Source: an uncultured Candidatus Saccharibacteria bacterium
GTDB taxonomy: Bacteria > Patescibacteriota > Minisyncoccia > Phycocordibacterales > JACNGX01
Length of the DNA stretch: 64,000 nt
Direction: 5' to 3'
Assembly: GCA_964621395.1 (NCBI GenBank)
Contig: CAZULS010000001.1
Span: forward strand, 135,920-199,919
Positions 8,413-17,902 of the stretch are shown piece by piece (the stretch's first letter is position 1; each line of letters opens with the position of its first letter). Position numbers and translations under genes: made by a program. The notes beneath the pieces were generated by a model, which saw only the letters and a program-made list of their open reading frames with translations, was not told the origin of the DNA and did not search any database.

Positions 8413-9968
8413 GCGTACTCTATAACCTTCGTCTCTCGTATCACATGAACCTTAATTTCTCCCGGATATTTGAGCTCTGTCTCTATCTGACGAGCGATTT
8501 TTTGTGCCAAATCTTTTGCCTGCATATCAGTAATTTTCTCCGGCGACACGAAAATGCGGATTTCCCGCCCCGCTTGGAGGGCAAAACATTTCTCCACGCC
8601 TTCAAACGACAAGGTAATCTTCTCCAAATCTTCCAAACGCTTCAAATATTGCTCAATGGAATCGCGCCGTGCGCCCGGACGTCCGCCTGAAATCGCGTCA
8701 GCCGTTTGCACAATAATAGACTCAAGTGTTTCATACGGATATTCTTCATGATGCGACTGCATTGCCTTCACGATTGCCTCATCAGCACCAAATTTCTGCA
8801 AAATACGGCGACCGATTTCCACGTGGGTGCCCTGCACCTCATGATCCACCGCCTTTCCGATATCGTGGAGAAGTGCGCCTGCTTTGGCAATAGGCACGCT
8901 TGCCCCGAGTTCCTCAGCAATCATGCCGGCAATATGCGCCATTTCCACGGAATGCTGAAGCACATTCTGCCCGTAGCTGGTGCGGAAGTGTAAACGCCCC
9001 AAAATGGCAATAATGCGCGGATCAAGATTGAGAATACCGCATTCATATGCCGCCTGCTCACCCTTATCTTTAATGATTTTACTGATTTCGTCTTTTGCCT
9101 TGACGATATAATCTTCAATCTTCGCCGGCTGGATGCGTCCGTCTAGAATGAGATTTTCAAGCGCAACGCGAGCAATCTGACGGCGAACCGGATCAAAGGA
9201 AGAAATGGTAATAGCGCCGGGCGTGTCATCAACGATCACATCCACGCCGGCGGCGCGCTCGAATGCTTTGATGTTGCGTCCTTCTTTTCCGATAATCTTT
9301 CCCTTTATTTCATCCGAGGGAAGGGTAATCGTTGTGGAGGTGATATCGGCATTGGTTGCATTGGCATAGCGCTGCACCGCCGTTGTGAGGATCTCTTGTG
9401 CGCGGCGGTCGAGTTTTTCGGTATTGGCGTTTTCAAGCTTCTGAATACGCACAAGCAAATCTTCTTCATATTGCGCCTCAGCACGCTTATACAATTCCTC
9501 GCGAGCTTCCTCGGAGGAAAGATTGCCAACACGCTCCAATTCTTTTTGCTGCTCTTCTACTGATTTCTCCACTGACTCGCGAATTCCCTTCACTTCCTCG
9601 ATGCGATGTTTCACTTCTTCAATCTGCTTGTCGATATCAAGCTGACGCTTATCCAGGAAGTCTTCTTTTTTCACCAAACGCTGTTCAAGTTCTTTGGCGT
9701 CTGCCTTCTTCTCCTTCGCCTCCTTCTCAGCGTCTCTTAACACGTGCTCCGCTTTTTTCTCCGCTTCGTGTGTGATTTTTGTTGCCGCTTCTTCCGCCGA
9801 AAGACGCATGCGTTTGATCTCAAGCTCCATGCTGCCCTTTTTCCCGAGGGAGATGATGAAACGCAGGAAATACCCGAGGGCGACTCCGACGAGCACGGCG
9901 CCTCCGGCTATCAAAAACATAAAAAGAGTAAAGCTCATACCTGCATGTTCCTCCGAACACGACAACAC
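8406..9968 (-). CDS. rny: Ribonuclease Y
   Basis: 520 aa; N-terminal TM, coiled-coil, KH domain (IIGKEGRNIKAFE) and HD domain (LLHDIGKAVDHE). Confidence 0.9.
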   Translation of the reverse strand: MLSCSEEHAGMSFTLFMFLIAGGAVLVGVALGYFLRFIISLGKKGSMELEIKRMRLSAEEAATKITHEAEKKAEHVLRDAEKEAKEKKADAKELEQRLVKKEDFLDKRQLDIDKQIEEVKHRIEEVKGIRESVEKSVEEQQKELERVGNLSSEEAREELYKRAEAQYEEDLLVRIQKLENANTEKLDRRAQEILTTAVQRYANATNADITSTTITLPSDEIKGKIIGKEGRNIKAFERAAGVDVIVDDTPGAITISSFDPVRRQIARVALENLILDGRIQPAKIEDYIVKAKDEISKIIKDKGEQAAYECGILNLDPRIIAILGRLHFRTSYGQNVLQHSVEMAHIAGMIAEELGASVPIAKAGALLHDIGKAVDHEVQGTHVEIGRRILQKFGADEAIVKAMQSHHEEYPYETLESIIVQTADAISGGRPGARRDSIEQYLKRLEDLEKITLSFEGVEKCFALQAGREIRIFVSPEKITDMQAKDLAQKIARQIETELKYPGEIKVHVIRETKVIEYAR

Positions 9969-10096
9969 AGGGCTTTCATTCAGGCGTACGACAAACTATG
10001 CGCGCATGGGTGTTATGCGACGCGAAAAGAAAAGACGAAAAGCGTTGAAACGAAAATCCAAAATCATACGTGTTCGTAATGGAAAGATAATTTCGA

Positions 10097-10285
10097 GAGC
10101 CTGTTCACGGTTCTCATGTCGTGCGTTAATGCATCATATACCGAGCGAAAATCGTGAAAAACGGTGATAGAGTACTATCGTACTTTGAGACGTTTTGAGC
10201 GATTTGCAGCCGGTATATGGTGCATTAAGCCGACAAGGATATATTGTTCTTCGTTTAATTCCGTTGAGAACTGTGAACAGGCTCT
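10097..10285. mobile_element. Family-C MITE (189 bp) with 19-bp TIRs GAGCCTGTTCACGGTTCTC / GAGAACTGTGAACAGGCTC
   Basis: Inverted termini read directly; near-identical internal sequence to the copy at 17903-18090 (opposite orientation) and the partial copy at 52690-52812. Confidence 0.7.
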
Positions 10286-10525
10286 AGGCCACACTGCCTA
10301 TCATGTATGCCGTGTAAGACAGTGTGGAGGACTAATAACCTATACCCTGAGTGTACTATGGAATGGCTAAAATGGCAAATATCTTGGGAGCTTATAGCTG
10401 GTAGCTTGTAGCTTATAGAAAAAAGGCGCGCTGACGCGCGCCTCTCTGGGGATATCCAAGACAATTGACCGTAAGCGCTTGTCGTGCTATGAATAATGCA
10501 GTTGTACTTGCATAACTAAAATTCA

Positions 10526-11329
10526 GTGAAAATGAAAAAAGATGATCGGTTACCGGGAAGGTTTACATTGTGCCGCTTCAGAGTTCTTGTATTTCTCGAG
10601 AATCATGGAGCAGGTTGGATACCTCTCCTTTTTGAGAAACCACAAGGGGCCATTGTATTTGGATATATTCCAGGCGCCTGTATTCTTGGTATTATAGGCG
10701 CTTGGAGTCTGTGGGCTCTTTTGGGTACGTTGGTTGCTGCAGGGGCAGGTATGTTTTGGAGTATCCATTTTCTGTACCAAAGACATCTTCTTTGGTATAA
10801 AAAATATCAGGAAGAATGGGCGCGTCGCTATGATATGATTCTCAGGGCGATTTCTCCGGAAGTTTATGATTCTTTTCAGGAAGATGGGGAGATACCCAAG
10901 GATTCGTTTTGTGCAATGAACATTCTTGCCAACTTGAAACCGAGACTATCAGCGGAGCTTTTGGGAGACTATGATGATTCAACAAAAATCAGGCTCTTGG
11001 AATCGTTTCAGAATGAAATAGGACGCACATATTTCAGACTCCCTCTTTTATTTATCGGATACGATGAAATAGTCAAAGTTATTGATTCGTTTACGAGTAG
11101 GAAGGTTTTTCTTAAACCAGAGGACTATGTCGGTGGAGATACCTCTCTTATTGATGCGATTTTAAAATGCCAAGATTACATGTTGGAGAAGAATGATGAG
11201 ACAATCAGTCAGATAAGAGAAACTTTTTCAAAGCATAAGGAAAACGATATCGATCAAATAGGTGTCATTAAAGCGTACTTTTCTGAAAGGGAGACAGCTC
11301 GTAGAAGACATGTGGAACAAGCCGGGTAA
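10526..11329 (+). CDS. Hypothetical membrane protein
   Basis: 267-aa ORF; two N-terminal hydrophobic helices (GAIVFGYIPGACILGIIGAWSLWALLGTLVAAGAGMFW); no recognised domain. Confidence 0.35.
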   Translation: MKMKKDDRLPGRFTLCRFRVLVFLENHGAGWIPLLFEKPQGAIVFGYIPGACILGIIGAWSLWALLGTLVAAGAGMFWSIHFLYQRHLLWYKKYQEEWARRYDMILRAISPEVYDSFQEDGEIPKDSFCAMNILANLKPRLSAELLGDYDDSTKIRLLESFQNEIGRTYFRLPLLFIGYDEIVKVIDSFTSRKVFLKPEDYVGGDTSLIDAILKCQDYMLEKNDETISQIRETFSKHKENDIDQIGVIKAYFSERETARRRHVEQAG

Positions 11330-11390
11330 TTCCGGCTTTTTTTGTGTCCTTTCTTTTCAAAGTCTTTTCATATATACTGTCCGTATCGGT

Positions 11391-11594
11391 ATGTATGAGA
11401 AGCTGAAGAATTATGCGACGAGGATTGATGCCGAGGCGGACGGCGCAGTGCTGAAAGTGCACGGTGTTCCCTACATATTGTCATCCGACGATGCCGGTGG
11501 CATGCGCCCCGATGTTGGGATGTCAACGGGAGGCGTGTGGCTGTCTGTTGATGAAAAAGACATCGACACGGCACGAACCATTCTCAATGTATAA
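11391..11594 (+). CDS. Small DUF2007-like protein
   Basis: 67 aa from MYEKLKNYATRIDAEADGAVLKVHGVPYILSSDDAGGMRPDVGMSTGGVWLSVDEKDIDTARTIL; resembles the DUF2007 fold pattern; a -10-like TATATACT lies 10 nt upstream. Confidence 0.35.
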   Translation: MYEKLKNYATRIDAEADGAVLKVHGVPYILSSDDAGGMRPDVGMSTGGVWLSVDEKDIDTARTILNV

Positions 11595-11636
11595 TTTTTT
11601 GTCTATTAATTTCCTAATTTTTTAATCTCCTAACCT

Positions 11637-12233
11637 ATGCTTATTCCCACAGTTATCGAAAAATCACAATTTGGTGAGCGCGCGTATGATATTTATTCGC
11701 GTTTGCTTAAGGAGCGTATTATCTTTTTGGCAGGACCGATTGATGATGCTGTTGCCAATACGGTGATTGCCCAGCTCCTGTTTCTTGAGTCTGAAGATCC
11801 AAAGAAAGACATCAGCTTGTATATCAATTCGCCGGGCGGGTATGTGCATGGAGGGTTGGCGATTTATGATACGATGCAGCACATTAAGCCGGCTGTCTCT
11901 ACGATTTGTGTCGGTATGGCCGCTTCTATGGCATCGGTGATTCTCTCAGGGGGCGAGAAAGGGAAGCGATTTGTATTGCCGCGCGCGGAAGTGATGATTC
12001 ATCAGCCGCTTGGTGGCGTGGAAGGACAGGCGAGTGATATTGAAATCTCCGCAAAGCATATTTTGAAACAGCGCGCGCTTCTGAATAAAGAGCTTGCGAA
12101 AAATACCGGCCAGACATTGGCGAAAATCGAAAAAGACGTAGAACGCGATTTCTTCATGGATGCCGAAGAAGCGAAGAAGTACGGCATTGTGGACGCGATT
12201 TTGAAAGAGAAGAATGGGAAGAAAGAACGATAA
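11637..12233 (+). CDS. clpP: ATP-dependent Clp protease proteolytic subunit
   Basis: 198 aa; [17 protein letters not shown], catalytic Ser context GMAASMAS, His in MIHQP; tandem TAATCTCCTAA motif immediately upstream of the ATG. Confidence 0.95.
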   Translation: MLIPTVIEKSQFGERAYDIYSRLLKERIIFLAGPIDDAVANTVIAQLLFLESEDPKKDISLYINSPGGYVHGGLAIYDTMQHIKPAVSTICVGMAASMASVILSGGEKGKRFVLPRAEVMIHQPLGGVEGQASDIEISAKHILKQRALLNKELAKNTGQTLAKIEKDVERDFFMDAEEAKKYGIVDAILKEKNGKKER

Positions 12234-12272
12234 TGATAAACAGAAAACGATAAACGATAAACTAAACTAACA

Positions 12273-12304
12273 AGCGGCGCCTAATGGCGCCGCTTGTGTG
12301 TTGT
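12273..12304 (+). terminator. Terminator after clpP (GCGGCGCC-TAAT-GGCGCCGC + TGTGTGTT), preceded by ACGATAAAC tandem motif
   Basis: Read directly. Confidence 0.55.
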
Positions 12305-12335
12305 GTAAAAAAGGCACCGCGTAGCGGTGCTGAAC

Positions 12336-12644
12336 TTAGTCACTTCCATACGGAAAGTGCCCGAAAAATGCTTTGCTTTCCAGCCAAGACACAAGGAAGC
12401 GACAAAGTCTCTTGAGGATTCGGAAGACAATGAATCCTACTGAAAACCATATCCCTGAAATTTTTAATGTCTCCAAATGGTCACTACTTGTGCCGATAGT
12501 GAATACCACAAAAAATAGAGCAACAAGGAACGGTGCCCACGCGTAGGCGACATGTCTTTTCGGAACTATGTCGAAAAAGCAGTGATTCCATATTGGGATT
12601 GTGAAGAATCCCATCACGAAAGAGACGCACATAAGGATTGTCAT
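12336..12644 (-). CDS. Hypothetical small membrane protein
   Basis: 102-aa ORF with three hydrophobic segments; terminator hairpin GGCACCGC-GTAG-CGGTGC just downstream (12307-12334). Confidence 0.25.
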   Translation of the reverse strand: MTILMCVSFVMGFFTIPIWNHCFFDIVPKRHVAYAWAPFLVALFFVVFTIGTSSDHLETLKISGIWFSVGFIVFRILKRLCRFLVSWLESKAFFGHFPYGSD

Positions 12645-12779
12645 AGCATCCTCCTTTACAGGAAAAAGTTAAGAAATTTTTTCTATAGGCGAATATACTA
12701 CAAGGTACGTTATTTCGCAAGGGAAAGCGGCGCGGTCTTTGAGGACCGCGCCGCTTATTCTTTTTCAGGAATCAAACGA

Positions 12780-13928
12780 TTATTTCATCCCTTCCAAAAA
12801 GATAAAGACTGCATCGTTGGTGAGAATGGTTTCCACGTATACGCGCACGTTATCTTCTCCTGCATCTTTGTATTGTTCAAGAAGCGCTTTTGTTTCTTCC
12901 TCCAGGCGTTTTGCATCAGGTTGGATGTTTTCCGTGACGGCAATTTTGTTCAATACAAGCTGTGTCTTTGCGCGCTTTTCAGCGTCGGGGCGCCATTCTT
13001 TTCGCAAATCTTCACGCTCTTTTTTGATGTGCTTGAGGTATTCATCAAATTTGAGCCCCATGCGCGCGATATCGCTCTCAAATTGTGCCATCATGCGATC
13101 GAGTTCACCCTCAATCATCACTCCGGGAACCGACACCTTCGTTCCTTCGAGGATTGCATCCATAATAAGGCCACGATGTTTCTGTGCTTCACGGTGTGTT
13201 TTCTCGTGAAGCATATTGTCTTTGAGTTGTTTTTTGAAATCGTTCACATCTTTGAAATTACCCAAACCTTTGGCAATCTCATCAGTGAGCTCGATAGGGG
13301 TATTATCTTTCTTGGCCGACCGAGCGCCACTTTTATCTTCTTTTGAAAGAGGTGCTCGGTTTAGGCTCTTTTCTTCCTCATTCTTTTCACTTTCCTCGGA
13401 AGGAGATGTCTCAGCATCAGCCATGTCGGCCTCGGCAGCTCGTTGCTTCAAAATTTGCTGAATCGTCTCTTCTACTTCCGCATCGGAAACGCTTACCTTC
13501 TCTTTCTTTTCATTTGCTTCTTTGGCAGCTTTTTTATAATCAGGAAGAACAACCTCAGGCATCACCGCTACAGTAACAGAAAAACCGAGAGGGGAGCCGG
13601 CACCGATTTTGGTAATGGAAATTTCCGGACGGCCAATAATCTGAATGTCTTTGGCAAGAATAAGCTGCGGATAATGCGCCGCGATGGTGTCGCGAGCCAT
13701 CTCTTCCAAGATGCCCATATCGCCAATATGCTTTTTGAGCACATCTTCCGGCACATGACCCTTGCGAAAGCCATCAATGGATACGTGTTCGGAAAGCTTT
13801 TTCACGACACGTGCACGATGTTTTTCCATTTCATCAAAGGGAAGCTCGCCGAGAATGGTAACGGTGGAATCATCATTTTTGGTGACGGTAAATCCGTCGT
13901 AGAGTGTGTTTGTGTTTGTTTCTGACAT
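12780..13928 (-). CDS. tig: Trigger factor lacking the PPIase domain; carries an in-frame 57-bp palindromic insertion
   Basis: N-terminal ribosome-binding domain with GFRKGHVP signature and a C-terminal chaperone arm. The FKBP/PPIase module is replaced by an approx 44-aa acidic low-complexity linker that contains the palindromic element (13311-13367, encodes SLNRAPLSKEDKSGARSAK). Confidence 0.85.
   Translation of the reverse strand: MSETNTNTLYDGFTVTKNDDSTVTILGELPFDEMEKHRARVVKKLSEHVSIDGFRKGHVPEDVLKKHIGDMGILEEMARDTIAAHYPQLILAKDIQIIGRPEISITKIGAGSPLGFSVTVAVMPEVVLPDYKKAAKEANEKKEKVSVSDAEVEETIQQILKQRAAEADMADAETSPSEESEKNEEEKSLNRAPLSKEDKSGARSAKKDNTPIELTDEIAKGLGNFKDVNDFKKQLKDNMLHEKTHREAQKHRGLIMDAILEGTKVSVPGVMIEGELDRMMAQFESDIARMGLKFDEYLKHIKKEREDLRKEWRPDAEKRAKTQLVLNKIAVTENIQPDAKRLEEETKALLEQYKDAGEDNVRVYVETILTNDAVFIFLEGMK
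13311..13367 (-). repeat. 57-bp palindromic element in-frame inside tig (sense: AGCCTAAACCGAGCACC...GGCGCTCGGTCGGCCAAG)
   Basis: Same conserved termini (AGCCTAAAYCGAGC ... GCTCGRTCGGCCRAG) and identical length (57 bp = 19 codons) as the copy inside nusA; related shorter copies sit at recJ and rplE 3' ends. Confidence 0.7.
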
Positions 13929-14197
13929 AATATAGGAACCTGCCTCGCATTAAAACATGTTAATAAATATTCCACGTTTTCACGTGTCCATTCGACAGCT
14001 CTCGTAACAAAAATCCGGCTGCAACTTGTCGTTCAATTTAGTCGTGTGATAGCACGGCTAAATCTCCACGACGGTGTTTCGCTCGAATTTTTTTCACGAG
14101 AGCAAGTCGTTTAATACGAGGCAGATTCCCCCGAGTGTACCTCAAAAGAACAGAAAAGGCAAAAAACAATTACGTCACCCCTGATTGCGTCTTAGTC

Positions 14198-15028
14198 TTA
14201 CGAAGAATTTATTAACTCACTTATTCTCAAAGCAAAAAATTCTTTCGTAATGACTTTTATTCCCGCTTCATTAGTATGCCAATTGTCTTTTGAAAATTCT
14301 TTCGAAACCCTGTCGGTGTTTATTCTCACAAGTTCTGTTCCGGGAAAAGACATTTTTTGAAAATGTGCCCACCCGCGTCGTTGAGAGAACGGCGAGTTAA
14401 CCAGAATGATTTTTTGATGAGGGACGTCTGATTGCTCTAAAAGATTAAGAGACCGTTTTACATTATCAGGGACGGTGATTGACTGATCTTCGCTAATAAT
14501 ATCGTCTTCAGGAACTCCGTTCTGGACGGCAAATGTTTTCAACATATTCGCCTCAGCCTCTTGCACAATATCTTTCTCATAAAAGGGCGATTTGCCGCTT
14601 ACGAGTATGTAGGGTGCCAGACCTTGTTTGTATAACTCAATTGCTTTCTCCATGCGAAACGTTTTCTTTCCGCCAAAGACAAAAATAATATCAGCGTGCT
14701 CAAGAGAATCTTCCTCGGAAAGATAATCATATAGTGCGTTAAACAACACTTTGTTCTCCGGATTGGTATCTGAGAGAATCGCCTTGCTTAAGTTTTGAAA
14801 TAATTCAACAGTCTCATTAAAAAGACGTTCGTCAGCAAAATCTTCGAAAGTGAATTTATTTGTGAAAAAGTTATTTGGTAAATGATACGCTTGGAGAAGG
14901 TCGAGGACTGAGGAAAAGTCCGCATAGTGGGATAACTCTTTTTCTTTGGGGATGACTCGCTTGTCTTCGTACGCGAGAATATGACAGAGTTCATTATATG
15001 TTGGGAGTTGCGCGGGATTTGTTCGCAT
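14198..15028 (-). CDS. DUF218/YdcF-like (ElyC/SanA family) protein
   Basis: 276 aa; core IIFVFGG ... ILVSGK ... pattern of DUF218. Confidence 0.4.
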   Translation of the reverse strand: MRTNPAQLPTYNELCHILAYEDKRVIPKEKELSHYADFSSVLDLLQAYHLPNNFFTNKFTFEDFADERLFNETVELFQNLSKAILSDTNPENKVLFNALYDYLSEEDSLEHADIIFVFGGKKTFRMEKAIELYKQGLAPYILVSGKSPFYEKDIVQEAEANMLKTFAVQNGVPEDDIISEDQSITVPDNVKRSLNLLEQSDVPHQKIILVNSPFSQRRGWAHFQKMSFPGTELVRINTDRVSKEFSKDNWHTNEAGIKVITKEFFALRISELINSS

Positions 15029-15146
15029 AAATTATAGTATATGTGATTCTTGTTTCTTGTCCACATTTCTATTTTAAAAGGAAGGGTTGCATCCAAAAGA
15101 ATGGGGGAGTATAATGAGTGAGTACTCACTTTAATCACTCAGGCAT

Positions 15147-16034
15147 ATGCTCACAAAATTTTTCTCAGACCTTCTCATAAAATCGGGTAAGGCGCCGGTA
15201 TTCGACAACCCCGCCGACTATGGTCTTGAGTATGAAGATGTTACATTCACTACCGACGATGGTGTAGAACTTTCAGGATGGCTTATCAAAGGAGGGACCG
15301 ACAAGGTCATTATCCAGACGCACTTTGGTATTCAGTCTTCTCGCAGCGGTTTTACCCTCAAGGGCAAAAACCCCATGACCAGACTGCTCTGGAATGATGA
15401 TATTCATTTTCTCAAGCAAGCAAAATATCTGCAAGAAGCCGGATACTCGGTGCTCATGTATGATATGCGTAATCACGGCAAGAGCGACAGAGGGGTAAGT
15501 GAATGGATTCAATATGGCCTCGATGAACGCAAGGATGTACTTGCGGCGGTGGAATATATTTCCGGCAGGGAGGAATATCAAAATGCTGCCATAGGGCTTC
15601 TGAGCATCTGTATGGGTGCGGCAGCGACAACATTTGCCTACGGTATGGAAGAAAAAATGAGGCAGCATGCGAATGTAAAAGTCGTAGTCGCTATTCAACC
15701 ACTGACGTATGATCATTTTGTGCGGGTGCTTGGTCTCCCTGAGAACATGATTGCGCGGATCAATGCCTTCAATAAAGAAGAGCGAGGGGTTGATCTCACA
15801 GGGGATTCATTTTTGTCAAGCGCAAAGCATGTCACCGTCCCCACGCTTCTGGTGCAGAATCAAAATGATCCGATGACCAATATGGATATGGTGAAGCAAT
15901 ATTTCGAAGATCTTCCCGAAGAGAAAGAAATGCTCTGGCTTGACCTCAAGAAAAAACGCGGTGCGGCGTATGACTGGCTTACCAAAACACCGGAGCCGAT
16001 TCTCCGTTGGTTTGATGCTTATGTCCGTCCGTAG
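15147..16034 (+). CDS. Alpha/beta hydrolase-fold protein (possible Cys/Ser nucleophile LSICMGAA)
   Basis: 295 aa; HG oxyanion-like HFGIQSS, nucleophile elbow region GLLSICMGAAAT, C-terminal His; paralogous arrangement with the next ORF. Confidence 0.55.
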   Translation: MLTKFFSDLLIKSGKAPVFDNPADYGLEYEDVTFTTDDGVELSGWLIKGGTDKVIIQTHFGIQSSRSGFTLKGKNPMTRLLWNDDIHFLKQAKYLQEAGYSVLMYDMRNHGKSDRGVSEWIQYGLDERKDVLAAVEYISGREEYQNAAIGLLSICMGAAATTFAYGMEEKMRQHANVKVVVAIQPLTYDHFVRVLGLPENMIARINAFNKEERGVDLTGDSFLSSAKHVTVPTLLVQNQNDPMTNMDMVKQYFEDLPEEKEMLWLDLKKKRGAAYDWLTKTPEPILRWFDAYVRP

Positions 16035-16062
16035 CTAGAAACCATCTCATAGTACATGGTTT

Positions 16063-16168
16063 ATCCAGCCCCACTTTCACTGATTACCTCAACGTGTCCT
16101 TTCTCGTTAGAAATGAACATTAACGAAACATGGTAACAATACACAAATGAGTGAAAGTGGGGCTGGAT
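16063..16168. mobile_element. Family-E MITE (106 bp), TIR ATCCAGCCCCACTTTCACTGA / TGAGTGAAAGTGGGGCTGGAT
   Basis: Perfect 21-bp inverted termini read directly, in the spacer between the two hydrolase genes. Confidence 0.7.
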
Positions 16169-16262
16169 TGCCAAGCATCTACACGAAGTGTAAAGTATTA
16201 TTTTGAGCGGTTTAATATGAGATGGGTTCTAGTATCATTATCAGTATTATTTTTTAACGCGT

Positions 16263-17318
16263 ATGAATACACACAACAAAGTGCTGAAGATTGTGGGATA
16301 TGTCGCTGCCATTTGTATCATTCTTCTCGTCGCCTTTAATATCTACGGTCGAACACAGTACAATCCGTCGGGGTTACTCTCTGAAGCGGCTCCCAATCAA
16401 GAATTGCAGGTAGGGAAAAATACGGTTGAATATCTGAGTAATGGAGACAGCATTTCCGCATTCCTCTTTATCCCCGAGGATTATGTGCAGGGGGAGAAGC
16501 GTCCGGCAATTGTGGTGACACCTCCGCACACGGGTGTGAAAGAGCAGACAGCCGGCATGTATGCTGAAGAATTAAGCAAGAAAGGATATATCACGCTGGC
16601 ATTTGACCCGCGAGGATTTGGAGCAAGTGGAGGACACAGGGGATATTTGAGTTCTCCAAGGCAAATTGAAGACTTGGAGCGTTCCTTTGATTATCTCCTC
16701 ACACTTGAGCACATAGATGCCGAGCAGATGTTTAGCTTGGGTATGTGTGCGGGTTCGGGTGTGGCGGCCTATGAAGCGATGAACGATTCACGCATTCAGG
16801 CACTTGCCATTGTGAGCCCGTATCTGACAGGAGCAAGAGATAATGGAGGGGAATCACCATTCATAAAGAATGCAGTCTACGCGCTCCATGGTTTCCTCAA
16901 GACATATCATGCACTTACCGGAGGCGATGTCGTGCGATCGCTCGTTCCCACAACGGATGAAGAAGCGAAAGGGGCAAATGCGATAACCAAGGGCATGATG
17001 GAGTATTATTTACCGGGGACGCCCGGGGGTGTTCCGAACTGGAGCAATGATTTGAGCGCACTCTCAGTATTGCCGGTTATTGAATTCTCCATTTTTGATT
17101 ACCCTCGCGGATTCGACACAATCCCCACGCTTACGGTATACGGCTCGGAAGCGGTGAGCAAAGATGGGGCGATGATGTTCTATGACATGGTGGGAGGTCC
17201 GAAGGAGGAGCTTGTCCTTGAGGGTGCGGGACATTTTGAGCTGTATTGGATGCCGGAGTATGTTGGTCCGGCAGTTGAGAAGATCGATGAGTTCTTCAAG
17301 AAGTATGGTGCTCGATAA
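16263..17318 (+). CDS. Dienelactone-hydrolase-like alpha/beta hydrolase with N-terminal TM anchor
   Basis: 351 aa; GMCAGSG (GxCxG Cys nucleophile typical of the DLH family); TPPHTG; DPRGFGASGG. Confidence 0.6.
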   Translation: MNTHNKVLKIVGYVAAICIILLVAFNIYGRTQYNPSGLLSEAAPNQELQVGKNTVEYLSNGDSISAFLFIPEDYVQGEKRPAIVVTPPHTGVKEQTAGMYAEELSKKGYITLAFDPRGFGASGGHRGYLSSPRQIEDLERSFDYLLTLEHIDAEQMFSLGMCAGSGVAAYEAMNDSRIQALAIVSPYLTGARDNGGESPFIKNAVYALHGFLKTYHALTGGDVVRSLVPTTDEEAKGANAITKGMMEYYLPGTPGGVPNWSNDLSALSVLPVIEFSIFDYPRGFDTIPTLTVYGSEAVSKDGAMMFYDMVGGPKEELVLEGAGHFELYWMPEYVGPAVEKIDEFFKKYGAR

Positions 17319-17353
17319 AAGATACTGTAATAATAAATGTTTGCACAATATCT

Positions 17354-17902
17354 ATGACCAAAAAAGAGAAATTATTACAAACAGCACTGGAGCTATTTGC
17401 CACACAAGGCGTGGGCAATACCTCTACGGCTCAGATTACACAGGAAGCTGGTGTGGCTGAAGGGACACTCTTTGTGCATTTCAAAAACAAACAAGCACTT
17501 GTCGATGCTGTGTATACACACATTAAAGCGCATGAGGCGGAAGTGTTTGGAGAGGCAATTCATCAAGAAAAAAGCGCGGAGGCTAATGTTAAAGAACTGT
17601 CAAAGAGCATGGTCCGACATTTTGTGGAACACTACAATGAATTGTTGTTTATTGAGAACGTGAAGCACTTGGATTTGGTGTCGGAGAAAGCTGTGAAGGA
17701 AGCGCATACATCACTTACCGTACTTTTTGAAGTGTTTGCAACGTGGCAAAAGAGAGGAGAGATAAAGGCGGTTGATTTGAATGTACTTGGTGCCATGGTG
17801 TGGGCAATGATAGTATCGCTCACAGAATATTGTAAGAAGAATAACAAAAAAGTCACCGATATGTTGGTGGAGCCGATTTGGGATGCGGTCAAGTCTCACT
17901 AA
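17354..17902 (+). CDS. TetR/AcrR family transcriptional regulator
   Basis: 182 aa; N-terminal HTH LLQTALELFATQGVGNTSTAQITQEAGVAEGTLFVHFKNKQALVDAVY. Confidence 0.8.
   Translation: MTKKEKLLQTALELFATQGVGNTSTAQITQEAGVAEGTLFVHFKNKQALVDAVYTHIKAHEAEVFGEAIHQEKSAEANVKELSKSMVRHFVEHYNELLFIENVKHLDLVSEKAVKEAHTSLTVLFEVFATWQKRGEIKAVDLNVLGAMVWAMIVSLTEYCKKNNKKVTDMLVEPIWDAVKSH

Noticed and set aside
9694-10167. 157-aa plus-strand ORF
   Set aside because: Antisense to the rny 5' region and running into the family-C MITE; no features.
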